Origin: Bdellovibrionales bacterium
GTDB taxonomy: Bacteria; Bdellovibrionota; Bdellovibrionia; Bdellovibrionales; UBA1609
Assembly: GCA_020630675.1 (NCBI GenBank)
Contig: JAHDIR010000005.1
Span: forward strand, 7,178 to 71,177
Direction: 5' to 3'
Length of the DNA stretch: 64,000 bases
Part shown: positions 21,437 through 31,453 of the stretch, piece by piece
Position numbering within the stretch: the stretch's first letter is position 1
Layout: each line of letters starts with the position of its first letter
Program-made: the position numbers and the translations under genes
Notes under the pieces: generated by a model
What the model saw: only the letters and a program-made list of their open reading frames with translations
Databases searched by the model: none
What the model was told of the DNA's origin: nothing

Positions 21437-24415
21437 TTAAAAGACCTCCTTAGAGTTTTTAATTTTATCAATTCTTTCTTTAAGGTAAGAAACCATGCTT
21501 TGGTTTCCAGCCTGTTTTTCTACCGATAACAATTGATTTAAATAAGATACATTCATAGGGTCTTTTCTTACACTTTCGCGCGCGGCCTCTAAAGTTTGAA
21601 GGCTTGGCACTGACACCTTAGGCTGGTTTTTGTAGCCAGCAATAATCATTTCAATTTTACTTTTGATTACGATGGGAGCAATCTCAGTAATATAATTCAA
21701 TTCCTTCTCATAACGCTTACAAACTAAGACTGAGCAGTTTTTAAATTGCCCCTCAAAAGCTTGAACTAAATTAGGGTCGACCCAGAACTTTTCATAAGTG
21801 GAGTTTAGTTCTTTAGCCTTTATGCTATATGGTGAGGCCTGTTGAGATAATAACTGCAAATACTGTTGTTGTTCTTGAGATGAGAGCCCTTCTGGTATTG
21901 GTAACGAAATCAGTTCTTTATAAAAGCGGTCTGACTGATCAGCTAATAACCGAACACTAACCACTTGAGACAGCCAATCTTCTTTTTGAGCTGCACGACC
22001 AACTGCTTTTTCTAGTTGATTTAAATAACTAATTCTTTTCTTTAACGATTTATTTAAAGTTTTTTGGTTGGCGGTCGTTATTTGATGAGAAGTTAATTGT
22101 TCTTTAAGACTATCAAACTTTGTTAAAAAACCAATTCTCCAAATAGACTTACCACCAGCGGTATTGGCAAATGACTTATTTTTTAGTAAGTGAGTGCCCA
22201 CTTTAGGGTTTTCACTTTCAATGGCTAAGTTATAATACAAGCTCGTGTAGAGCTCTGGTTGTTGAGATAGAATTTTTTTATATTTCTTAAGGGCTTGTAG
22301 TTTGTTACTCGAGCTTTCCACCTTCATCAAAGCAACGGCTCTTGCTTTTTCTTTATTTTTTGTTTTCTTTAAAAATTGATCTAAATAAATATTTTTCTTA
22401 GCCCCTGAAAGCTCTGTTAACATAGCCAACTTTAGTGCTTTTTGAGATGGGGTTAAACTGGATAGTTTTAACTTTTGATTGGCCTCAAGGGCTGATTTAA
22501 AATCAAGGCGAAGCTCTGCCAACCAAGCTTTTTTGCCCAAAGCAAGTTGCCTGTCAGTTTCTGTTGAAGCCTTAAAACCCAAGAGCTCATTGGCAGCCAA
22601 ACCCATATCATCGTATCGCTTAAGTTTTTCAGCCAATAACATTTTGTTTTTATAATAATTAAGCTTTACTGATTCACTAGCTCCCGCAAGACTTATCCTA
22701 GAAAGAGCTGCCCAAGCCTTGTCGGTGGCTTCAGGGTCATCGAGGTTTTGAGAAATTTTAGCTGACTGATTCAAAATGGACTTTTTACTAATCTCTAAGT
22801 ATTCAGAGCTTTTGTCTTTAAACCGACTTGCAAACTCAGATGACCAAACTTCAATGTCTTTGTCTTTCTTTAAAATGACTAGGGCATCTAAAGCCAAGTC
22901 GGCCGCTTGTTGCTTAACTTTTATTGAAGAGCTACCTGGCAACAAAGCCACAGCTTTTAAAGCGACAGAAGCTTGTTCATACTTTTTATTTTCATATAAT
23001 CTATGAGCCTGTTGATATTTTACATCAACAATTTTAGATTTTTCTGTGCTCTTTGAGAGGTAATAGTTATAGGCTCTGACCTTCATTGCTTCATCAGAAG
23101 ACATTTCAGACAGCTCTACATAAAGTAGTAGAATTTTTTCTTTTACGGGAATGTCTTTGCCCGAAGGTGGAACCGTTTGAGCTTCATGAGCAGCAATATA
23201 AAATTGTTCCGTTTGTGGCCAATCCTTAACTTTTTGTGCAGCCTGAGCCCCCCACAATAGCATATCTACTTCTTTTGGAAATACCGATATATATTCTTTA
23301 TAAGCCCCAACCAATTGAGCACTAGATTTTTTTTCATCTCTATTCCAATCAAGAATATACTTTCTTAACCTAACTTTAAGTTCTTTACAGCTATCATCAC
23401 CGGCACAACCTTCAACTTGAGACCAAAGCGCCAAAGAACGACTAAAGTGGCCCAAAGACTCCTTCATTTGTCCTTGCTCGCGTTCAAGTTGGGCCAGGCG
23501 AATATGGTGCTCAAGACGCTTTTTAGGGTTAGTTTCTGAATTCATTACTAATTGCCAAACTTGAGAGGCTAATTTCTTCTTACCAATACGCTCAAGCTCA
23601 GATGCAAAGTAATCAATATTACTTTGTCGAGTCGATGGAGGGCTTAACTTATAGATTTGCTGAGCATCTTCGATAGTTGCTGCTGACTTTGTATAAAATG
23701 TGGCTAAATCTCTGGAAACTTCTTCTTTAAACTCATTATCGACGGAAATCACATCTGCCCCACCGTTTCTAGTGAGAAGCTCGGGGGTTATTAAAATTTT
23801 TGATAAACCCGCGATACCTAATTTAACTTGACCGTTATTAAATTGGCACCAGGAATGCTTGTAGTAAGCTAAACCTTTTCTTTTTTTAAACTTACTGTTT
23901 TTTACTTTTTCATAAAGAGGAGCAGCTTTTGCAAAGTTTCTATCTTTAAAAAACATTTCAGCTAGCGAAAATGTGGCCTCATAAGCCAATTCTGTATCCG
24001 GGAATTTTTTCATTGTGTCTAAGTATAATTTTTTCGCCTTATCATCCTGACTATTCAGTTGATAAAGGTGTCCCATCTGCACCAAGATTTTGCCTTTTTT
24101 AGAGGACGGCAGCTTTTCAATTGCTTCTTGATAATAGCCAAGAGCTTCTTTTCTTTCTTTAGAACCCGCAAAACAATTGCTAACACAACCTTGGTTAACC
24201 TCTGTCATGGTTAATTTTCTAGCTTTATCTGACAACAAGTCAGCCAAACGCAATGTAATCAAAGGCATTGATGGATCATTGGGAGCTAACTGCATTTTAA
24301 CTTTTTTGAATTTTTTAATTAGCAATTCGCTCTGGTCGGCATGGGAACTTACAACAAAAAGTTGACTCGACACCAATATACAAAATGACACTAAAACACT
24401 TGTTCTCATCAACAC
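21437..24415 (-). CDS. Large TPR protein (GltD/AgmU-like)
   Basis: 992 aa helical; LRLADL, LAEMFF...F.KA...Y, YK.SWC.FN TPR motifs; operon context. Confidence 0.75.
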   Translation of the reverse strand: MLMRTSVLVSFCILVSSQLFVVSSHADQSELLIKKFKKVKMQLAPNDPSMPLITLRLADLLSDKARKLTMTEVNQGCVSNCFAGSKERKEALGYYQEAIEKLPSSKKGKILVQMGHLYQLNSQDDKAKKLYLDTMKKFPDTELAYEATFSLAEMFFKDRNFAKAAPLYEKVKNSKFKKRKGLAYYKHSWCQFNNGQVKLGIAGLSKILITPELLTRNGGADVISVDNEFKEEVSRDLATFYTKSAATIEDAQQIYKLSPPSTRQSNIDYFASELERIGKKKLASQVWQLVMNSETNPKKRLEHHIRLAQLEREQGQMKESLGHFSRSLALWSQVEGCAGDDSCKELKVRLRKYILDWNRDEKKSSAQLVGAYKEYISVFPKEVDMLLWGAQAAQKVKDWPQTEQFYIAAHEAQTVPPSGKDIPVKEKILLLYVELSEMSSDEAMKVRAYNYYLSKSTEKSKIVDVKYQQAHRLYENKKYEQASVALKAVALLPGSSSIKVKQQAADLALDALVILKKDKDIEVWSSEFASRFKDKSSEYLEISKKSILNQSAKISQNLDDPEATDKAWAALSRISLAGASESVKLNYYKNKMLLAEKLKRYDDMGLAANELLGFKASTETDRQLALGKKAWLAELRLDFKSALEANQKLKLSSLTPSQKALKLAMLTELSGAKKNIYLDQFLKKTKNKEKARAVALMKVESSSNKLQALKKYKKILSQQPELYTSLYYNLAIESENPKVGTHLLKNKSFANTAGGKSIWRIGFLTKFDSLKEQLTSHQITTANQKTLNKSLKKRISYLNQLEKAVGRAAQKEDWLSQVVSVRLLADQSDRFYKELISLPIPEGLSSQEQQQYLQLLSQQASPYSIKAKELNSTYEKFWVDPNLVQAFEGQFKNCSVLVCKRYEKELNYITEIAPIVIKSKIEMIIAGYKNQPKVSVPSLQTLEAARESVRKDPMNVSYLNQLLSVEKQAGNQSMVSYLKERIDKIKNSKEVF

Positions 24416-24434
24416 TCTCCCTTCCGGTGGGATA

Positions 24435-24932
24435 CTATTTTGCTAACACAGCAAATTTTATTTCACTAAAACCTGTCTGGCTTCCAGCCAAAACAATTTG
24501 GTTTATGGCTTCATATTTTGTTTTTTTATCCGCTTGTAAAATAAGGCTTGGCTCCTGCTCATCACCAATTCTTCTTTCACTTAACTGTTTTTTGATTTCA
24601 ATAAACTTAGAAACTAGATCTTTTTGAGCAATCTCTTCGTTTTCAATGAATATTTTATCCACTTCTAATCTAACAATAGTGCTTCTTTCTAACTCCTGAG
24701 CTTTTGCAGCTTCAGGCAATTTCATATCTTTACTAATGGTTATGATTTCTCCTGAGCTCGAGAAACTCACAAGCAAATAAATAACTAAAATAGAAAAGGC
24801 ATCAACCAAGGGTGTTAGCATGACTGTTGTTTCCAACATCTTCTTTTTTTCGCCACCTTTCGGACTTAACTGAGAAGCCTGATCCAAAGGGCTTAGGGTA
24901 GGGTTTTGATTTAAAATATTATTATTCACCAC
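24435..24932 (-). CDS. ExbD/TolR-family motor subunit (AglS/Q-like)
   Basis: LTPLVDAFSILVIYLL with the conserved TM Asp; LQADK. Confidence 0.9.
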   Translation of the reverse strand: MVNNNILNQNPTLSPLDQASQLSPKGGEKKKMLETTVMLTPLVDAFSILVIYLLVSFSSSGEIITISKDMKLPEAAKAQELERSTIVRLEVDKIFIENEEIAQKDLVSKFIEIKKQLSERRIGDEQEPSLILQADKKTKYEAINQIVLAGSQTGFSEIKFAVLAK

Positions 24933-24941
24933 AAAGCTCCT

Positions 24942-25397
24942 CTATAAAGGGTTTAAACCAAGGTCATTAATTCCAGCTTTTTTAAACTGATCCATAAGAC
25001 CGATCACTTCTTCATAATCTGATTTGGCTTGCGGTCGAATCAGAGCCATCTTTAATTTAGGAAGAGCTTTTTGAATTTGAACAATCTTTTCCCCAAGGGC
25101 ATCAAAGTCAATTTTTCCATCTAAGCCTTGCACAGAAATTCTTTTAAGAACCTTAGGGGCCCTAGGAGCGTCTTGCAGTTTTAGCTGAAGCCCGCCCTTT
25201 TTAAGCATATCTACCCAAACCACCGGAACTTTCTCTTTATCCTTAGAGGATTGCCCCCCAACAGCTTGCTTAATATTCAAAGACCCTATTTGCACCCATA
25301 TTACTGATAACAAAAGTGAACATATTAAAACTGACAAAAGAGATATAAAAGCAATCAGGTTAACTTCTGTGTCTAAGTTTTTCTTTCCTTTCATCAC
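24942..25397 (-). CDS. ExbD/TolR-family motor subunit
   Basis: EVNLIAFISLLSVLICSLL (Ser where Asp is usual); YEEVIGLMD. Confidence 0.85.
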   Translation of the reverse strand: MMKGKKNLDTEVNLIAFISLLSVLICSLLLSVIWVQIGSLNIKQAVGGQSSKDKEKVPVVWVDMLKKGGLQLKLQDAPRAPKVLKRISVQGLDGKIDFDALGEKIVQIQKALPKLKMALIRPQAKSDYEEVIGLMDQFKKAGINDLGLNPL

Positions 25398-25405
25398 TTC
25401 AACCT

Positions 25406-26119
25406 CTAAGCGTCAGTCGTTGGCTCTAAACTTCCTCTTTCTTTTCGCTCTTTTCTAGCGCCTCTAATTTGGGTAGGCTCATAAGCATAACTTAACCAGT
25501 TAAATACTTTCAAAGCGCCTTGATTTAGGTCTTCAGCTAGGTCATTAGTTCTATTTGATAAAACGGAGTACATGATGATTGCCGGAATTGCCATGATAAG
25601 GCCGTAAGCCGTTGTGTTCATGGCAACAGATATACCCGAAGAAAGCAAAGCTGCTTTTTCCGTTGGGTTGGCGTAAGACACAGCTGCAAAAGATTGAATC
25701 ATACCAACGATGGTTCCCAGTAGCCCTGTCAAGGTTCCGACATTGGCTAGCATAGAAAGAAAGCCTGTCCTTTTTTCCAGCTTAGCATTTTCGCTAATAA
25801 GAACTTCATCCATCTTTCCCTTGATTTCTTCTTTACCACCAAGGTTCATAGCTGACTTTGTTCCTGCTTTAACTGCACCAGCCAAAGGGTGAACTTGCTG
25901 CTCACGCTCCATATTGTCATATATATCTTTTAAGTTTCCTCTTTTGATATCTTTTTCCAAAGATTCAGCAAAGTTTAACTCACCTATTTTTTTCTTCATA
26001 TAAAGAGAAAAAACTCTTTCTATCATGATTGCAAAAGAAACCAATTGAAGCGTGAGAATTACCCACATCCAAACTCCACCCTGCAAGAAAGCCGATGAAA
26101 TTGTAGAAAAGACACCCAT
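25406..26119 (-). CDS. MotA/TolQ/ExbB proton-channel subunit (AglR-like)
   Basis: ANVGTLTGLLGTIVGMI..F and GISVAMNTTAYGL motifs. Confidence 0.95.
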   Translation of the reverse strand: MGVFSTISSAFLQGGVWMWVILTLQLVSFAIMIERVFSLYMKKKIGELNFAESLEKDIKRGNLKDIYDNMEREQQVHPLAGAVKAGTKSAMNLGGKEEIKGKMDEVLISENAKLEKRTGFLSMLANVGTLTGLLGTIVGMIQSFAAVSYANPTEKAALLSSGISVAMNTTAYGLIMAIPAIIMYSVLSNRTNDLAEDLNQGALKVFNWLSYAYEPTQIRGARKERKERGSLEPTTDA

Positions 26120-26121
26120 AA

Positions 26122-26160
26122 ATCCTCCGTAATCTATTTTTGCTTCATCCCTTGAAGCAA
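26122..26160 (-). promoter_or_regulatory. CsrA-type GGA hairpin plus SD-overlapping GGA in the operon leader
   Basis: mRNA TTGCTTCA-AGGGA-TGAAGCAA perfect 8-bp stem (26140-26160), then ACGGAGGA before the ATG. Confidence 0.55.
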
Positions 26161-26423
26161 TTTTTAAATTTTAAAAAACAAGTAGCCTCTTGCTAATTAT
26201 TTTTTAAGCTGTGTGTTATTCAACAAAATATATTTCTATTCTGTCAAACGAAATCCTAATCAAAACCAACTGGCCCGCGTTACGAGAGCCCCTCTTATTT
26301 TTATGAAAAAACCCGCAAAGCAAAGACCATAGCCAACTCCATCGCTTTACTCAGAGTTTATTGATCAATAAAATACTTACATCAAAATCTATGACTAAAT
26401 CTTATCTATTTAACCATTGCCAC

Positions 26424-26468
26424 AAAAGGTACGGACACACTTTCTGTGCAAAAAGTACGGACACACTT
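26424..26468 (+). repeat. Dispersed GTACGGACACAC repeat, direct pair
   Basis: Cores start at 26429 and 26455 (26 bp apart). Confidence 0.95.
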
Positions 26469-26628
26469 GTTGAAGGCAACAGAGAGCTAATGCTCTAAAC
26501 CCCAACAATAAAACAAAAGTGTCTCATAATAATATATTTAAGCGGCTTATCCGGGCACTTGGTTTTATTTCCAAAATAGCTTTGATAGGCTGATAAACTT
26601 TATTATAGAATAGAGCTAAGGGGATTTT

Positions 26629-28296
26629 ATGGGAAACTTTGGAAAATCAGCACTTTCTATCATGCTTTGTGCCTTACCACTTTTATATGTTAATTGTGGT
26701 GAGTTTCAAAATTCTGCTGGCTTTGGCTCTCTAGAACAAGCTTCTACAGGTTCAAACTCCACTGATCAAAACACTAACAACAGTGAAATAAATAGCCCTG
26801 AAAAGGGCCCGCAGACAACTCCTTCTTCGCCAAACCCAGAGGCCACCCCAGAAACAACACCCGGACCAGAAACTGAGCAGCCAACCCAAGAGTCGCCCCC
26901 AAGTTCAACCTCTTACATTCCAGATAACACTCCCCTTAAAGTTTTTCCAGGAGCCCAAGGCTTCGGAACTGAATCCCCCGGGGGGCGCGGTGGTGAAATT
27001 TGTATCGTTGAAAATTTAAATGACTCAGGCCCTGGAAGCCTTAGACATTGTGCTCAAGAACTTAAAAATCGTCGTATTGTTGTTTTTAGAACCGGCGGTA
27101 CCATTTTACTAAAAAAACCTTTAATTATTTCTAATCCATACATTTCCATCTACGGACAAACGGCTCCCGGTAGTGGTATACTGGTTCGCTCCTCTCCCTC
27201 TGATGCTGGAGGAACCCTATATATTAAAACTCATCACGTCCTTATACAGCACTTAAGGTTTAGAGCGGGAACTAGCAATGTCAACGCCAGCGCCTGCTGT
27301 CGTGATGCTGCCAGCATCTCCTCATCTAAAAAGGGAGAGGTTCACCATATCATTCTTGACCACAATTCATTTTCTTGGGGTGCCGATGAGGTTCTTGATA
27401 CTTGGTACGATGTTCAAAATATTACATTTAGTCATAATATTATTTCTGAAGGTTTATACGATAATGGTTCCAACTCTGAAGGACCTGCCGGTAGAGGTTT
27501 TTTAATTGGCTCAGAAGGCTCAGGAAATATTACATTACACCACAACCTAATGATCCATAACTACACAAGAAACCCGCAAATTAAAACCAGCGGAATCGTT
27601 GATATCGTCAATAACCTCACTTACCACTGGACAGGAAGAGCCGCCATTCAACAAACCTCTTTTGGTCCACAAAAAGTAAACTGGGTTAAGAACCTTTGGA
27701 TAGCAGAAAGAAACCATGCTGATGGACAAAATAGTCCTATTGTTTTTGGGGATATTTCTTTTTCTGGCGGAGCCAATGACTCCAAAAAAAATATGTACTT
27801 AAAAGGAAACATTGGCTACCACCGATCTTCCAACAGCATGCCAGAATGGGCTGGAGTTTTTACTGGAATTAATAAAAAATATAATCCAAGCTTAGGCTAC
27901 CACAACGCCACTCGCTTTAAAGCCCCACCAGTGAATGAAGTTGAAGCTTCTGAGTTAGAAAAATACTTTGAAACCAATGGAGTGGGAGCTACGGCTCCCG
28001 TGCAAGACAGCGTTGATACTCGCTTAATGAAAGAACTTAAAACAAGAACAGGAAAAGTTCCTAATTGCGTTTCTAGGACCGACCGAAACTCTGAAGACCG
28101 CTGCAAAATAAACGCAGGGGGTTGGCCCACTATGGATAAAGGCCAGTCCATTACTGATAAAGACAAAGATGGGATACCAGACTCTTGGGAAGTGGCCAAT
28201 GGCCTTAACCCCAACGACCCTAAAGATTCTCAGCAAGATGCCAACAATGACGGCTACACAAACTTTGAAGATTGGATTTATTCTTTAGGGTTTTAA
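26629..28296 (+). CDS. Lipoprotein pectate lyase (PL1-like beta-helix)
   Basis: YVNC lipobox, S/P/T linker, FPGAQGFG...GGRGG, NLNDSGPGSLR, DHNSFSWGADE, RNP; C-terminal DKDKDGIPDSWE..GLNPND..DGYTNFE. Confidence 0.85.
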   Translation: MGNFGKSALSIMLCALPLLYVNCGEFQNSAGFGSLEQASTGSNSTDQNTNNSEINSPEKGPQTTPSSPNPEATPETTPGPETEQPTQESPPSSTSYIPDNTPLKVFPGAQGFGTESPGGRGGEICIVENLNDSGPGSLRHCAQELKNRRIVVFRTGGTILLKKPLIISNPYISIYGQTAPGSGILVRSSPSDAGGTLYIKTHHVLIQHLRFRAGTSNVNASACCRDAASISSSKKGEVHHIILDHNSFSWGADEVLDTWYDVQNITFSHNIISEGLYDNGSNSEGPAGRGFLIGSEGSGNITLHHNLMIHNYTRNPQIKTSGIVDIVNNLTYHWTGRAAIQQTSFGPQKVNWVKNLWIAERNHADGQNSPIVFGDISFSGGANDSKKNMYLKGNIGYHRSSNSMPEWAGVFTGINKKYNPSLGYHNATRFKAPPVNEVEASELEKYFETNGVGATAPVQDSVDTRLMKELKTRTGKVPNCVSRTDRNSEDRCKINAGGWPTMDKGQSITDKDKDGIPDSWEVANGLNPNDPKDSQQDANNDGYTNFEDWIYSLGF

Positions 28297-28302
28297 TAAA
28301 AT

Positions 28303-28641
28303 TTAAATTTTATTTTTTATTATATTTAAAGCGTAGCGCTCCCCCCACTTTCTAAGTGAAATTAAAATGGGCTTTAGAGTTTCTCCAGTAGCTGTTAAGC
28401 TATACTCTACGCGCGGAGGAACTTCTGGATAAGCTTCTCTATGTACTAGCCCATCCCTTTCTAAATCACGCAGCTGCTTGGTAAGCATTCTTTGCGTAAT
28501 GCCACTGACCCTTCTCTGAAGCTCGTTAAAACGAATAGGCCCCTCTAAAAGATAAAAAAGAATTATACTTTTCCACTTTCCACCAAAAATATCTATGGAT
28601 GCACCCACCGCGCATTTAGTTATAAGTATCTGTTTTTTCAC
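28303..28641 (-). CDS. HxlR-family transcriptional regulator
   Basis: GGKWK.IIL..L, RFNEL, ITQRMLTKQLRDLE.DG, YPEVPPRVEYSLT. Confidence 0.95.
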   Translation of the reverse strand: MKKQILITKCAVGASIDIFGGKWKSIILFYLLEGPIRFNELQRRVSGITQRMLTKQLRDLERDGLVHREAYPEVPPRVEYSLTATGETLKPILISLRKWGERYALNIIKNKI

Positions 28642-28655
28642 AATAGTATCCTTTA

Positions 28656-28683
28656 TGTGCGTACCTGTTTTATTTGTGCGTAC
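28656..28683. promoter_or_regulatory. Candidate HxlR operator
   Basis: TGTGCGTAC at 28656 and 28675, between the divergent regulator and oxidoreductase genes. Confidence 0.5.
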
Positions 28684-28742
28684 TTGCTATTTATACACTA
28701 AAAGCTACAATTCAACAAACCTTTCACTCACTGGAGGCAAAT

Positions 28743-29744
28743 ATGAAAACAGTCGCTATGGTTTTATCTGAATACGGAGAAAGCGCACAGTTCAAAAAAG
28801 CAGAAATTGAATTACCAAATCTAAAGCCCAAACAAGTCCTCATAGAAGTTCACGCCACTAGCATTAATCCGGTGGATAACAAAATAATGAGGGGTGCCCC
28901 TATTGGACCAGAACTTCCTAATGCCTTGCATGGAGATGTTGTTGGTAAAGTGATCAAGCCCGGCTTAGATGTTACTGACTTTAAAGAAGGAGATATTGTT
29001 TTTGGTATTGCCGGAGGACTCACCGGCTATTGCGGAGCTTCAGCGAATCATATGGTTGTTAACGAAGACCTGATTTACCATAAACCTAAGAACCTCAGCA
29101 CCGACCAAGCTGCGGCCATCCCCTTGGTTTTTGTGACCGCCTATGAAGCCTTGGTAGAAAAAACAAAAGTAAAAACCGGAGACCAACTTTTAATTATTGG
29201 TGGCACCGGGGGCGTTGGCCATCAGGCCGTGCAGTTAGGTAAAATTTTAGGGGCAAAGGTGACAGCTGTTGTTTCGTCCAATGAACAAGGAGAAATTGCC
29301 AAATCACTTGGTGCCGACCAAGTGATTCAACGCCATGAAACCCCTTTGGAGAAGTATTGTGAGGTTGCTGGGGTTAAAAACGGGTTTGATGTAATTTTTG
29401 ATACAGTGGGCGGCCCCAACCTTGAGAACGACTGGGATCTTGTCAGGCCAAACGGGCAAGTTGTTACAACCACCAGCATGGAGTCTCATGATTTAACACC
29501 TGTGCATATGAAGGGCATTAGTTTACATGTGGTTTTCATGTTACTTCCAATGTTAACCAACCAAGATCAAAAACGACACCAGAAAATCCTAAAGTTTTTA
29601 ACTGATCAAGTGAATGAAGGGAAAATAAGACCCTTGATGGATAAAAAGAAGTTTGATTTGTCTGAAATAAATGAAGCACATGCTTATTTTGAAAGTGGGC
29701 AGCATATGGGAAAAATTATTATCGACAATACTCAACAAATTTAA
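28743..29744 (+). CDS. MDR-family (quinone oxidoreductase-like) dehydrogenase
   Basis: SINPVD, GGTGGVGH.AVQL, HMGKII; GGAGG SD favours ATG 28743. Confidence 0.9.
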   Translation: MKTVAMVLSEYGESAQFKKAEIELPNLKPKQVLIEVHATSINPVDNKIMRGAPIGPELPNALHGDVVGKVIKPGLDVTDFKEGDIVFGIAGGLTGYCGASANHMVVNEDLIYHKPKNLSTDQAAAIPLVFVTAYEALVEKTKVKTGDQLLIIGGTGGVGHQAVQLGKILGAKVTAVVSSNEQGEIAKSLGADQVIQRHETPLEKYCEVAGVKNGFDVIFDTVGGPNLENDWDLVRPNGQVVTTTSMESHDLTPVHMKGISLHVVFMLLPMLTNQDQKRHQKILKFLTDQVNEGKIRPLMDKKKFDLSEINEAHAYFESGQHMGKIIIDNTQQI

Positions 29745-29753
29745 AGGAATAAA

Positions 29754-30536
29754 ATGAAAAAAATCTTAATCACAGGAGCCACTGACGGTATTGGTCTTGA
29801 AACGGCAAGAAAATTAAAGTCTTTAGGCCATGAACTTCTTATTCACGGTCGAAACCCTGAAAAACTTGATCGCATTGGGGCTGAGCTGTCTAGCCCTACC
29901 TTTCAAGCAGATTTATCGGAACTTTCTCAAGTAAAAAAACTGGCCAAAGAAGTTTTAGAACACACTAAATCTTTAGACATACTAATTAATAATGCCGGTG
30001 TTTATAAAACCAAAAACCCCAAAGCAAAGAATGGTATGGATATTCGCTTTGTTGTTAACACCCTGTCGCCATATTTTTTAACAAAAACTCTACTTCCCAA
30101 TATTAGCTCAGACGGCAGAGTTATCAATTTGTCCTCGGCAGCGCAATCATCTGTTAATTTTCAAGCGTTGAAAGGTAACACCCAGCTTGATGATTTTAGC
30201 GCCTACGCTCAAAGTAAACTTGCCTTAACAATGTGGTCACAACATTTGGCTCATCAACAAAACACAAATGGGCCAATTGTCATATCTGTAAATCCAGGTT
30301 CACTTTTAGGCACAAAAATGGTAAGAGAAGGCTTTGGTACCTCTGGTAATGATATTAATATTGGCGTGAATATTTTAACCGAATTAGCCCTTGACGAAAA
30401 ACACCTTGAATCTAATGGCAAGTACTTTGATAATGACTCTGGACAATTTGCCAACCCTCAAGCTGATGGTTTGAATCTTGAAAAAACTAAAGAGCTAATA
30501 TCTATACTTGAAGAGCAAATAGGATCCTTTAGTTAG
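29754..30536 (+). CDS. Short-chain dehydrogenase/reductase
   Basis: TGATDGIG, NNAG, YAQSK. Confidence 0.95.
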   Translation: MKKILITGATDGIGLETARKLKSLGHELLIHGRNPEKLDRIGAELSSPTFQADLSELSQVKKLAKEVLEHTKSLDILINNAGVYKTKNPKAKNGMDIRFVVNTLSPYFLTKTLLPNISSDGRVINLSSAAQSSVNFQALKGNTQLDDFSAYAQSKLALTMWSQHLAHQQNTNGPIVISVNPGSLLGTKMVREGFGTSGNDINIGVNILTELALDEKHLESNGKYFDNDSGQFANPQADGLNLEKTKELISILEEQIGSFS

Positions 30537-30562
30537 TTATTGACTCAACTTCGCGAGGTTTT

Positions 30563-31312
30563 ATGAAATTCATCTTTACTCTTTTCTTGAGCTGCCTTGT
30601 TATTAGTTGTGCTCAAAAAAGTAAAAGCCACATAAAGGCCGTTCCCATAGAAAGCGTGAAATGGGAAAAGCTTAATCCTGCACGAGGCGATAAAAGCCCT
30701 CAAGCAGCAACCTTATGGGGCAGCAGAAAGAAAGAGGTGCCGACAGGTTTTCTGGCAAAATTTGTTGATGGGTTTTCTTCTCCAGAACACATTCATAATG
30801 TTTCTTACAAGGCTATAGTTATTGAAGGCTTAATTCACAATGATCAGGCCAAAGCCCCAAAAAATTGGATGCCTGCTGGCTCTTACTGGACACAACCAGC
30901 AGGTCAACCTCATATTACCTCAGCTCAAGGCCCAGTAAATATTGCATTTGTTGAAATTGACAAGGGCCCTTATTTAGTTAAACCCATAAACCAAGAGTTT
31001 AAAAATGGAGAAAAACCATTTAATATTCCTGCTTCAAAAATTAAATGGCAAAAACATACTGGTTATAACGTTGCCTCTTTATGGAAAAATAATAAGCAAG
31101 CTATTTCTGGTTATTTATTTCAATTTCACAACAAACTTCAACTCAATATTGAAACGGCCAATATAGTTATTATTTCTGGAGTCATTAAAAGCCAAAACAA
31201 AAACCTTAAGCCAGGAAGTGTGCTTTTTGTAAAAGGTACAACCTCACTAAATTTGCTTTGCCCTTCTAAGAATTGCCTTATTTATTTAAAATCTGATTTT
31301 TTTCAAATGTAA
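30563..31312 (+). CDS. DUF4437-like cupin lipoprotein
   Basis: LNPARGDKSPQA..LWG, GFSSP.HIHN..Y...VI.G..HND, SYWTQPAG.PHIT. Confidence 0.8.
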   Translation: MKFIFTLFLSCLVISCAQKSKSHIKAVPIESVKWEKLNPARGDKSPQAATLWGSRKKEVPTGFLAKFVDGFSSPEHIHNVSYKAIVIEGLIHNDQAKAPKNWMPAGSYWTQPAGQPHITSAQGPVNIAFVEIDKGPYLVKPINQEFKNGEKPFNIPASKIKWQKHTGYNVASLWKNNKQAISGYLFQFHNKLQLNIETANIVIISGVIKSQNKNLKPGSVLFVKGTTSLNLLCPSKNCLIYLKSDFFQM

Positions 31313-31453
31313 GGTCAAGAGCTTAAGCAAACACTCCACTTATTCTAAAAAAATACCACTTGGCTTGATTTAGTCATCACGGTAGGCTATTGGCATATAA
31401 ACCTTAACTCATTAAAAAAAATTAAGTTTTTAGAAACTTAAAAAGAGATAATT

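Noticed and set aside
26314-26321. CGCAAAGC as part of a c-di-GMP-I riboswitch
   Set aside because: Wrong strand for the operon, and the preceding GGCAAA/GAAA-tetraloop stem is missing.
26319-26335. sigma54 promoter for the gliding operon (TGGCTATGGTCTTTGCT, minus strand)
   Set aside because: GG-to-GC spacing is 11 nt rather than the required 10.
28656-28683. TGTGCGTAC pair as members of the dispersed repeat
   Set aside because: Different core and 19-bp spacing; better explained as an operator of the adjacent HxlR regulator.
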